Positions 1 through 9,924 of a DNA stretch of 64,000 nt are shown here, in pieces. Source of the DNA: Squalus acanthias (lineage: Eukaryota); assembly GCA_030390025.1 (NCBI GenBank), contig CM059432.1, positions 105,898,001-105,962,000 of the forward strand, read 5' to 3'. The position numbers were made by a program, and so were the translations under genes. Position 1 is the first letter of the stretch. The number at the start of each line of letters is the position of its first letter. Under the pieces are notes generated by a model. It searched no databases. It saw nothing but the letters and a program-made list of their open reading frames with translations, and had not been told where the DNA came from.

Positions 1-170
1 CTGCCATTTCCTTATTCCCCATTATAATTTCACCTGTCTCAGCCTCTAAAGGACCAATGTTTACTTTTGCTACTCTCTTTCTTTTTACATACTTGTAGAA
101 GCTCTTACAATCTGTTTTTATATTTCTTACTAGTTTATTCTCATACTCTATTTTCTCCCTTTTTATCAAA
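1..170 (-). mobile_element. CR1 LINE ORF2 fragment running off the window start
   Basis: Reverse complement matches the CR1 ORF2 segment at ~41190-41352 (EYESKLA..KTD.KSF..VGPLE..GELIMGN.EMA). Confidence 0.85.
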
Positions 171-244
171 TGAATTTTAAAATGAGAGCGTATTCAGTGT
201 TGGTCCTACAACACACATAACATTACATTTATGTGTTATTTGCT

Positions 245-635
245 GGACTTGACTTATCAAATGTTCTCCTGGCCAGCCTCCCATCTTCCACCCTCAATGA
301 ACTTGGGTTCATCGAAAACTCTGCTGCACGTATCCTAATACACAGCAAGTCCCATTCACCCATCACTCCTGTGCTTGTTGCGCTACATTGGCTCATGGTC
401 CAGCAACAATGTTCCTGCTAAGCTGCGCGGCTGCACAGCTGTCTGGAGGTCCCGTGCAGGCCGCATACCGAATTTTGAATGGGAGATTTTGTGCATGCGC
501 AAAATTTTGAATGGGCCACGCAGCCAGTTAAAGGGACTGCGCACCCAAAAAAAAATTAGGGGAACGTTGTCCACCAACACCTTAATTTTAAAATTCTCAT
601 CCTCATGTTAAAATCCCTCCATGGCCTCACCCCTT
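245..635 (+). mobile_element. L2 LINE ORF2 3' fragment, split by an hAT MITE
   Basis: Translation LDLSNVLLASLP..IENSAARIL..SPITPVLVALHWL resembles the L2 RT C-terminus; sequence resumes after 577 (TTTAAAATTCTC). Confidence 0.75.
407..569. mobile_element. hAT-type MITE (163 bp)
   Basis: TIR CAATGTTCC..TAA / TTAGGGGAACGTTG; 8-bp TSD TCCAGCAA (399-406) / TCCACCAA (570-577). Confidence 0.8.
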
Positions 636-849
636 CCAAACTGAACATGACAGTGTGAGTGCTCTGAATGCTCCTAACCCAGGAGGGTTAGCCCTAACTG
701 TTGTCTAAAAGCAGTAGTGTTAGCATTGTGAGCTCTGGAGCCTGGCTGTCACAATGAATGGATCAAATTACACATTGAAAAGTTCTTAATTATTCCAGTA
801 GGCAGGATCAAATCACATACTCCAGACAAACTGTTGGGTGTGTCTAGTC

Positions 850-947
850 CTCCAAGGGAACAAATCAGAAATCTGGTCTTGTTCTCCAAGGGGATCAATC
901 AGAAATCTGGTCTTCTTCTCCAAGGGGACCAATCAGAAATTTGGTAT
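850..947. repeat. 34-bp tandem repeat, about 3 copies
   Basis: Unit CTCCAAGGG..CAATCAGAAATCTGGTCTT starts at 850, 884 and 918. Confidence 0.85.
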
Positions 948-954
948 TGAAAAT

Positions 955-1090
955 AGACATGACCATTTTTGGGGGCTTGCTGCATGTCAATTAGCTGCTG
1001 TGTTTACCTACATAAAAGCAGTAGCTACCCTTCAAAAGCAATTTATTGGCTGTGAAATACTTTGTGACATCCTCAGGATGTGAAAGACAC
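955..1090 (+). mobile_element. Old DeuSINE-like SINE 3' part with L2-like tail
   Basis: CTTGCTG..AATTAGCTGC..CTTCAAAAG..ATTGGCTGTGAAA..CTTTG; matches the reverse complement of 62960-63150. Confidence 0.6.
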
Positions 1091-1587
1091 TGTGATCTCG
1101 AAATTCAGGGTTTAGCGCCACCCGTTACCACCAAATTGAGGCAAAAATGGCGGCTGCCGCTCTTCCACTTGCTGCCAGCGGGTCCCATGGCAGCTGCCAT
1201 TTTCGGATGGCTAGCAGCGCTGCCAATGGCCCTGCTCGCTAGTGATATATAGATTATGCAGATCATGACGTCAGTGAGTGTGCAACGCTCACTCGACCCC
1301 CGATCTGCAAGTTTCAACTTCGCAGCTCCACTTATCGCCATGCCTTAAGTCCGATGAGCTGAGCAAGCATTGACAAGCAGGAAGGAGTCTCCTGCAGTGG
1401 TATTTAAAGGGATCATCAGCAACAACCTGCATCTGACATGTTTCTTCAGTTTGACTGGCTCTGTGCAACTCCAGCAACTTTATTAACTTCTTTCAAGGTT
1501 CTCAGGTGACATGCCTTCATTCTTATTTAAAGGCTTCTGCTCACAACACTTGCTCACAGTGTTGGGGCTCTACTGACAGTCCTCCTC

Positions 1588-2456
1588 GTGCTCGAGTATC
1601 TTATGGATAGGGAGCGGAGGCAGCGAAGAAGACGAGAAGATGCGCGCAGAGGGAGGAGGATGAGGGCCACGAGGGCTCTCAACAGGAGGCCTTACCCACC
1701 TAGCGTCTTCAGAGAGCACTTCTCTTATATCCACTTAATTGAGGGGCAGTGTATTAGAAGGCTCTGCTTCACCAAGGACGGAGTCATAGAACTCTGCCAC
1801 CTCCTGCAACCAGACCTGCAGCCTGAGAGCAGGGCGAACACGGCTCTCCTAGCGGCAGTTAAGGTCACCATGGCCCTCAATTTCATTGTCAGCGGATTCT
1901 TCCAGTCTGTAGAAGGAGACATAGCTAACATCTCACAGTTCACCGTCCATAGCTGCATCGAGGAGGTCACTGAGGCTCTCTACAACAGGAGAAGGGACTA
2001 CATTGTTTTCTCTATGAGCAGAGAGAAGCAAGACGAGCGCGCCATGTGGCTTTGCCAAGATAGTGGGCTTCCCCATGGTACAGGGTGCCATCGACTGCAT
2101 TGGCTTTGTGGGCGCCGCATAACAATCCTGAGATTTTCTGTAACCGCAAAGGCTACCACTCACTTAATGTGCTGTTGGTGTGCGACCATGCCCTGCAAAT
2201 CCTGGTGGTCGATGCCCGCTATCCTGGCAGCAGCCACGATGCCATCATCCTGCGCCAGTCCGGTGTGACAGCAATCTTCCAGCCACCACCTGAAACTCGA
2301 AGGGTGGCTGCTCGGAGACAAGGGCTATCCGCTCTGCACCTGGCTGATGACTCCCCTCCGCAACCCCACCACTCATGCGCAGCACTCATATAATGAGAGC
2401 CATGCTTCCACCAGGAACATCATCGAGCAGACCATCAGGTTACTGAAGCAATGGTT
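1588..2456 (+). pseudogene. Harbinger (HARBI1-like) DDE transposase, 5' part of copy A, frameshifted
   Basis: ORFs 1588-2268 and 2085-2393 show RRLCFTK..LCHLLQPDL..VKVTMALNF and [26 protein letters not shown]. Confidence 0.9.
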
Positions 2457-2637
2457 AGAGCCATAGGGGGAAAAATTCAGTTGTTTGCACCTCCCGTTAG
2501 CGCCTTAAGAGGGCGCTAATGGGGCGCAAAGCCACTAGCGCCCGGGCGCAGCGATGTTTGCGCCACTCGGGAACTTAACTAGACATTGTGCGGCGGCGCT
2601 AAACTTTACCGCCACGACCACCTGCGCGCGCAGATTG

Positions 2638-2782
2638 TGACGTCATTCCATGGTGCAACGCCCTTGTGGCGCCCCGGAGCAGAAATTGAGTGGCGCCCCC
2701 TGCCTTACCGCCTGGCGCATCCAACGACCGGAAGACTGGAACGCTATCAATCGCTGTGGGGCTGGGGGGGGCGCTATTTAAA
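2638..2782 (+). promoter_or_regulatory. Putative Harbinger transposase promoter (CRE TGACGTCA plus TATA-like TATTTAAA)
   Basis: TGACGTCA at 2638-2645 and TATTTAAA at 2775-2782; the same pair with similar spacing occurs at 1266/1401 and in the MITE copies. Confidence 0.5.
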
Positions 2783-2976
2783 GGGGGCCTCTTCCTGTCT
2801 TTTTCTGTGGTTGACATTTTTGCACCACTCGTTCTGAGAGAGAGAGAGAGATTCGGAGAGAGAGAAAGAGAGACTTCTGCATTGAGTCAACGCTTTGTGA
2901 GGTAGTTTTGCCTACTGATCCTAACTTCGCTGGTACTTTGGTTGCTGTCCTTCACAACTTTGCTTGCAAAGAGACT

Positions 2977-4137
2977 ATGGGGGCTGCACTGAATGGGGGC
3001 GTCGTCCTGCTCCAGCTGAATCGGAGGACACAGAGACGCAGAGAGAGAGTGGCAATGATGGCCAGACGGAGGAGGGCCAACAGGCGTCTGTACAGGAGAG
3101 CTTACCCTCCCAGGGTATATCGTGAACAGCTCTCCTACATTCATATGTCTGAGGAGCTGTGTTTGCGAAGGCTGCGATTCAGCAAGGAGGTGGTCACTGA
3201 GCTCTGCCACCTGCTGCAGCCAGATTTGCAGCCTCAACTGAGGTCCAGGACGTCTCTGTCGGTGGCAGTGAAGGTCACAGTGGCTCTCAACTTCTATGCT
3301 ACTGGCTCATTTCAAGCTGCTGCTGGGGACCTTGCCAATATCTCCCAGTTCGCGGTGCATTGCTGCATCCGGCAGGTCACAAATGCCCTCTTTAAAAGGA
3401 GACGAGAGTTCATCTCTTTCCCCATGACCCCAGACAAGCAGCGTGACCGCGCTCTGAGCTTTGCGAGGATAGCGGGCTTCCCCATGGTGCAGGGCGCCAT
3501 TGACTGCACGCATGTGGCTTTGCGTGCTCCACATGAGAATGCCGAGGAATTCCGGAACAGAAAGGGGTTCCATTCCTTGAATGTTCAGTTGGTCTGTGAC
3601 CACAGACAGCTGATACTCGCTGTCAATGCCCACTATCCTGGCAGCTGCCACGATGCTTTCATCCTGCGCCAGACTACTGTGGCAGAACGTTTCGAGGCAC
3701 CGCATCAGCCAGTTGGTTGGCTTCTCGGGGACAAGGGTTATCCATTGAGCACCTGGCTGATGACACCGCTCCGTACGCCCAACACCCCTGCTGAGCTGCG
3801 GTACAACGAGAGCCATCAAGCTACCAGGAACATCATTGAGCGCACAATCGGCGTGCTGAAGCAACGGTTCCGCTGTCTCGACCATTCTGGAGGAGCCCTG
3901 CAGTACTCGCCTGAGCGAGTATCCAACTTCGTAGTTGTGTGCTGCATGTTGCATAACATGGCAATCGTCAGGACCCAGCCAATGCCACCAGGCCTTGGAG
4001 CACCACCAGAGGAGGAGGAGGAAGAGGAGGAAGAGGACGAGGAGGATGATCATCAGCAGCACCAAGGCGGGAGGGCGGCCCACAATGGTGAAACTGCAAG
4101 GGCCGTCCGTCAACGGCTGATAGCAAGCCGCTTCTAG
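2977..4137 (+). CDS. Harbinger DDE transposase (HARBI1-like, DDE_Tnp_4), intact, 386 aa from the first ATG
   Basis: Uninterrupted ORF with HTH region and catalytic motifs [43 protein letters not shown]; acidic C-terminal tail. Confidence 0.95.
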   Translation: MGAALNGGVVLLQLNRRTQRRRERVAMMARRRRANRRLYRRAYPPRVYREQLSYIHMSEELCLRRLRFSKEVVTELCHLLQPDLQPQLRSRTSLSVAVKVTVALNFYATGSFQAAAGDLANISQFAVHCCIRQVTNALFKRRREFISFPMTPDKQRDRALSFARIAGFPMVQGAIDCTHVALRAPHENAEEFRNRKGFHSLNVQLVCDHRQLILAVNAHYPGSCHDAFILRQTTVAERFEAPHQPVGWLLGDKGYPLSTWLMTPLRTPNTPAELRYNESHQATRNIIERTIGVLKQRFRCLDHSGGALQYSPERVSNFVVVCCMLHNMAIVRTQPMPPGLGAPPEEEEEEEEEDEEDDHQQHQGGRAAHNGETARAVRQRLIASRF

Positions 4138-4447
4138 GGCCCCTGCTGTGGAAATGGCTTCTGCCATTGCTAATAACATCAATGAACCCAGCACGCAACC
4201 CCTAAGCCGGCCAAGGCACCAATGATTCCAAACACCAAACATGTATATTTTGAATACAAAAACTTATTTATTTTACAAACTCTGTGTGTGTCATTTCCTC
4301 ATGACAAACTCATAGAAATAAACACAAAAAAAGTCATTAACATAACTGGTTCTCACAACCTGGGGATAATGTCCAAAACACTAGACAAAAGTTGGACCAC
4401 GAACCTCGGCCTTTAATAAAAAAATGACCAACATTTTGTCACACCTC

Positions 4448-6267
4448 CTACTTTTTGCCCTTCGAGGGTGATCTCCTTCCCTTGCGCACTTCCCCCCTTC
4501 TAACCCTACTGCTCCTCCGTAATGGGACCTCAGTGGCTGCAGCAAGGCTGGTGGAAGGCTGCTGATTGTCAGACCCTGACACTGCAGATGCCCCTGAAGG
4601 ACGGCCTCTACCAGTTCTGGGCCTGGAGGGCCCGGCTGCAGACTGCACCAACTCTGCATGGGCGGCAGCAGTCTGTCCTACAGGCGGTGGCAAGTGCAGT
4701 GGAGAAGTGACAGTGTTGGCAGCAGGAACGCTGTCATCGTGAGAGAGGACAGCAACTCCCTGCTCGACCGACACACTGGCACTCCCACGGGGCAGCACTT
4801 CAGCATCCGGAGCAATCTGCTGGAGCACAGATTGCTGGCCTGCTGCGGCGCGGTGAGAGCCCCGGGGACATGTGAATGAACCATCGAGGTTGGCAGCAGT
4901 CAGTGCTCGCGTGGCCTCAATCTGAGTCTGCATGAGAGCAGTCAGAGATGGGATCACGGCAGTCAGTGACTGAATTGCAGCACTAAGCTTTAGTGTGGCA
5001 TCCGCCTGTGCTACAGCGAAGTGCTCCACACTCCTTGCCAGTGACTCAATGCATTCGGGCACCCTTCCCATTGCACCCATGAGCTCAGTGTGCATGCCCA
5101 CCGCCTGGGTGTTCATTTCTGCGATCAGCCGCTCCTCCTCTGCGTCCATTGCAGTAGGAGTCGCTGGCATACTCTCCCTCTGGGGAGAAGGCCCCCATTT
5201 TTCCCTACCCCCATGGCGTTGCTGCAGCCCGCTGGGTCCTGGAGCTTCACCCTCATCAGACCCTTCCCCCCTGCTCCCCCCCAGGGAAGGCGTGTTCCCA
5301 GTGTGGGCATGGGCTTCCTCGGGAGAGGGTGGCACTGATGCTCCGGCTTCCTCTTCCTCCTCAGCTGCAGCTTCACTCCCACTGGCAGCTTCAGGGCCCG
5401 TCTCCTCAGCTGGTGAATCACCATCTGAAAGCAGGGAGGTACAAGAGTGGCTTTAGCGTGAGGACAGGGTGGCAGTAAGGGAGGAATAAGTGCAGCGAGT
5501 TAGCAAGTTGGATTGAAAGTGTCAAAGGCTGGTGTTGTGAGGGACAAGTGGAAGGACAGAGGACAAAAAGGTGATGACCTTACCATTGCTGTCCAGAACG
5601 GGGTCGGCGTCTCCAGTGGCAACGGGACCGATCACCCGGCTTGCCACAATCCTGTGGACGCGCTCCTCAAGATCGCTGAGGGGTTGCAGCTAAGGCCGCC
5701 CTCCACCTGTCCGTTGCTGCTGTCTCCTATTATGCGCCAGCTTGGCCTGCAAGAAAAAGGACAGCATCTGAGTAAATATACAGCCATGGTCTTGCCTGAT
5801 GTGCCTCCCATAGGTGAATAGCCCTTACTGTATGCAGCCATGGTCTTGCCTGATGTGCCTCCCATAGGTGAATAGCCCTTACTGTATGCAAAGTGTGGAA
5901 TGTGTGTGTGTGTTTCATGAAAGGGCCATAGGTGTTGGATGAGTGTTGTGCATTGGGGTTTTAAGACCCTCTGGCCATAGAGTGAGGTTGAGATGGAGGG
6001 ATGGAGAGGTATTGAGAAAAAGCCACTCACCCTGACGACCCGAGTGAGGTCGTTGAACTTTTTGCGGCATTGAACATGGGTCCTGGGCACCATGCTCCTG
6101 GAGGAGACGCTCTGAGCCACCTCCCTCCACACTCTTCTGTACTCGCGTGGCAAAGGCCTCCTGCCACTCTCAGGGAAGAGTATAGATCTTCTGCGCTCTA
6201 CCGCGCCAACCAGAGCATCCAAGGCCCGCTCGGTGAAGCGCTGAGCTCGTTCTCTCACCCTCTCCAT
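4448..6267 (-). pseudogene. Harbinger Myb/SANT-like DNA-binding protein gene, 3 exons (6267-6031, 5746-5584, 5424-4448), one in-frame TAG
   Basis: Exon 1 reads MERVRERAQRFTERALDALV..WREVAQSV..RTHVQCRKKFNDL. GT-AG introns are in phase 0 and 1, the spliced length of 1377 nt stays in frame, and a TAG lies at 5690-5692. Confidence 0.85.
5781..5888. repeat. 54-bp tandem repeat (2 copies) in Myb gene intron 1
   Basis: CAGCCATGGTCTTGCCTGATGTGCCTCCCATAGGTGAATAGCCCTTACTGTATG starts at 5781 and 5835. Confidence 0.9.
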
Positions 6268-6637
6268 CCTTGGCAGCAAAATGGATTCACAGGTCTCTCC
6301 AGGCCGAGATTCAAGGCTGCAATGAGCAGGGTGTGGCTGGGGAGCAAGTTGCACCCCCCCCCTTTAAGAACTGGCCGGCGCCAGTGTGTCTGTGTTCTCT
6401 CGCTAACTGGCAGCACCTGCGCTGCGCTCGCGCGCTGAGTTAGCGCCTCACTGCTCGGCCTTTGCGCCTTAAGACAGGTGTGCAGCGCCTGATTTAGCGC
6501 TCCACTCACCTCCCGGGGCAGTAAAAGTGAAGTTTCCAGTCAGTGGCGATAATTAGCGCCAGGCGCTAATTTTTGCGTCCAGACGATATTTGCGCCCCAA
6601 ACGGGGCGCGACCTAATTTTTCCCCCATAGAGTCATA

Positions 6638-7530
6638 GGGGTAAAAATTCACTTGGTTGCGCCACCCGTTAGCGCCTTAAGAGGGCGCTAATGGGGCGCA
6701 AAGCCGTTAACGCCCGGGCGCAGCGATGTTTGCGCCGCTCGAGAACTTAACTTGAGATTGTGCGGCAGCGCTAAAACTTACCGCTGCGACCACCTGCGCG
6801 CGCAGATTGTGACGTCATTCCATGGTGCAACGCCCTTGGGGCGCCCCGTAGCGGAAATTGAGTGGCGCCCCCTGCCTTACCGCCTGGCGCTTCCAACGAC
6901 CAGAAGACTGGAACGCTATCAATCGCTGTGGGGCTGGGGGGGGCGCTATTTAAAGGGGGCCTCTTCCTGTCTTTTATTGTTGGTGGCATTTTTGAACTAC
7001 GCATTCTGAGAGAGAGAGGGAGAGACTTCTGGAGAGATTCAAAGTTGTGTGAAGGAGTTTTGGGTACTGAGCAGCACTTTGCAGGTTCATTTTGATTTGC
7101 CATTCCTTGTATCGATTTAGCAGAGACCGTGGGAGCTGCACTCTGAGCTCTTTGCCTGGTGCTCTCCATTGTTCTTTCCAGCACATTTGATGTGCAAGTC
7201 TCTCCAGGCCGAGATTCAAGGCAGCAATGAACAGGATGTGGATGGAAAGCAAGATTAACCATCCCCTTTAAGAACTGGCCCGTGCCATTGTGTGTGTGTT
7301 CCATTGCTGAGTGACATTACATGAGCTTCGCCAGCGCTCCGAGTTAGCGCCTCAGTGCTCGGCCTTTGCGCCTTAAGAGAGGTGTGCAGCGCCTGCTTTA
7401 GCGCTCCACTCACCTCCCGGGGCGGTAAAAGTGAAGTTTCCCGTCAGTGCCGATAATTAGCGCCAGGCGCTAATATTTGCGTCCGGACGATATTTGCGCC
7501 CCAAATGGGGCGCGACCAAATTTCTACCTC
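6638..7530 (+). mobile_element. Non-autonomous Harbinger deletion derivative (H2, 893 bp)
   Basis: TIRs GGGGTAAAAATT / AATTTCTACCTC; TSD ATA; ends closely similar to H1; transposase 5' end fused to Myb-gene 5' end at ~7141. Confidence 0.92.
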
Positions 7531-9924
7531 ATAGAGTTATACAGCACAGAAAGAGGCCATTCGGCCCAGAATGTCCACACCGGCCATCAAGCCCTGTCTA
7601 TTCTAATCCCATTTTCCAGCACTTGGTCCGTAGCCTTGTATGCTATGGCGTTTCAAGTGCTCATCTAAATGCTTCTTGAATGTTGTGAGGGTTCCTGCCT
7701 TTACCACCCTTTCAGGCAGTGAGTTCCAGATTCCAACCACCCTCTGGGTGAAAAAGTTTTTCCTCAAATCCCCTCTAAACCTCCCGCCCCTTACCTTGAA
7801 ACTATGCCCCCTGGTTATTGACCCCTCTACTAAGAGGGAAAGTTTCATTTTATCTACCATATCTATGCCCCTCATAATTTTGTACACCTCAATCAGGTCC
7901 CCCCTCAGCCTTCTCTGCTCTAAGGAAAACAACCCCAGCCTGTCCAGTCTCTCTTCATAGCTGAAGTGCTCCAGCCCAGGTAACATCCTGGTGAATCTCC
8001 TCTGCACCCTCTCCAATGCAATCACATCCTTCCTATAGTGTGGTGACCAGAACTGCACACAGTATTCCAGCTGTGGCCTAACTAGCATTTTGTACAGCTC
8101 CATCATAACCTCCCTGCTCTTATATTCTATGCCTTGGCTAATGAAGACAAGTATCCCATATGCCTTTTTAACCACCTTATCTACCTGTCCTGCTGCCTTC
8201 AGGGATCTATGTACATGCACACCAAGGTCCCTCTGATCCTCTGTCCTTCCTAGGGTCATACCATTAATTGTGTATTCCCTTGCCTTGTTAGTCCTCCCAA
8301 AATGCATCACCTCACACTTTTCAGGGTTAAATTCCATTTGCCACTGTTCTGCCCATCTGACCAACCCGTCTATATCGTCCTGTAGCCTGAGGCTTCCCTC
8401 CTCGCTATTTACCACCCCACCAATTTTCGTGTCATCTGCGAACTTACTGATCATACCTCCTACATTCATATCTAAATCATTAATGTACACTACAAACAGC
8501 AAAGGACCCAGCACCGATCCTTGCAGTATACCACTGGACACAGGCTTCCAGTCACAAAAACAACCTTCGACCATCACCCTCTGCCTCCTGCCACTAAGCC
8601 AATTTTGGATCCAATGTGCCAAATTGCCCTGGATCCCATTGGGCTCTTACCTTCTTGACCAGTCTCCCATGTGGGACTTTGTCAAAAGCCTTACTGAAGT
8701 CCATGTAGACTACATCAACTGCACTACCCTCATCCACACACCTAGTCACCCCCTTGAAAAATTCAATCAAATTGGTTAGACATGATCTCCCCCTGACAAA
8801 GCCATGCTGATTATCCTTGATTAATCCTTGCCTCTCCAAGTGGAGACTAATTCTGTCCCTCAGAATTTTTTCCAATAATTTCCCTACCACTGATGTTAGG
8901 CTCACTGGCATGTAATTCCCTGGTTTATCCCTACTACCCTTCTTGAATAATGATACTATGTTAGCTGTTCTCCAGTCCTCTGGCACCTCCCCTGTGGCCA
9001 GAGAGGTTCTGAAAATTTGTGTCAGAGCCCCTGCAATCTCCTCCCTTGCCTCACACAGCAGGCCTGGGATACATCTTATCTGGGCCTGGGGATTTATCCA
9101 CTTTTAAGCCCGCTAAAACCGTTAGTACTTCCTCCCTCTCAATACTAATTTGTTCAAGTATATCACAATCCCCCTGCCTGATTTCTATGCCTACATCGTC
9201 CTTCTCCATAGTGAACACAGATGGAAAATATTCATTTAAAACCTCACCTATATCTTCCGGCTCTACACAGATTACCACTTTGGTCCCTAATGGGCCCTAA
9301 TGTTTCCCTGGTTATCCTCTTGCCCTTAATATACTTATAAACCACCTTGGGATTTTCCTTTATTTTGCCCGCCAGTGTTTTTTCATGCCCCCTCTTCGCT
9401 CTCCTAATTTCTTTTTTAAGTACCCCCCTGCACTTTCTATACTCCTCTAGGGCGTCCACTGTTTTTAGTCCTTTGTATCTGCCAAAAGCCTCCCTTTTTT
9501 TCCGAATTCATTCTTGTATATCCCTTGACATCCAGGGTTCCCTGGACTTGTTGGTCCCACCCTTGACCTTTACGGGAACATGTTGGCATTGTACTCTCTC
9601 TATTTCCTTTCTGAAAGACTCCCACTGCTCTGATGTGGATTTTCCTACAAGTAGCTGATCCCAGTCCACTTTGGCCAGATCCTGCCTTATCATTTTAAAA
9701 TCGGACTTCCCCCAATTTAGAACCTTTATTTCCGGTCCACCTTTGTCCTTTTCCATGACTATCTTAAATCTCACCGAATTATGGTCACTGTCACCAAAAT
9801 GCTCTCCTACTGACACTTCTACCACTTGCCCGGCTACATTCCCTAGAATTAGGTCCAGTACCGCCCCCTCTCTTGTAGGACTTTCTACAAGCTGGCTCAA
9901 AAAGCTCTCCTGGATGCACTTTAA

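Larger units (their letters stand above)
2466..6626. mobile_element. Near-intact autonomous-type PIF/Harbinger transposon (copy H1, 4161 bp)
   Basis: Perfect 12-bp TIRs GGGGGAAAAATT / AATTTTTCCCCC; TSD ATA (2463-2465 and 6627-6629); convergent transposase (+) and Myb/SANT (-) genes; TTAGCGCC subterminal repeats. Confidence 0.96.

Noticed and set aside
2977..4137. Host HARBI1 or NAIF1/MSANTD gene
   Set aside because: It lies between TIRs with a TSD and has multiple paralogous copies in the window, so it is a transposon rather than the domesticated single-copy gene.
3307..4242. 311-aa antisense ORF over the transposase
   Set aside because: Shadow ORF of a GC-rich coding strand; no recognisable domain, and fragmented in sister copy F.
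5632..6354. 240-aa ORF taken as the complete Myb protein
   Set aside because: It runs through a consensus GTGAGT donor at 6030 into intron sequence with the 54-bp repeat; the spliced model is conserved in copy F.
6771..7304. 177-aa ORF conserved in both H2 copies (also 31908-32441)
   Set aside because: The copies are near-identical, so conservation is uninformative; the ORF reads through promoter and subterminal DNA.
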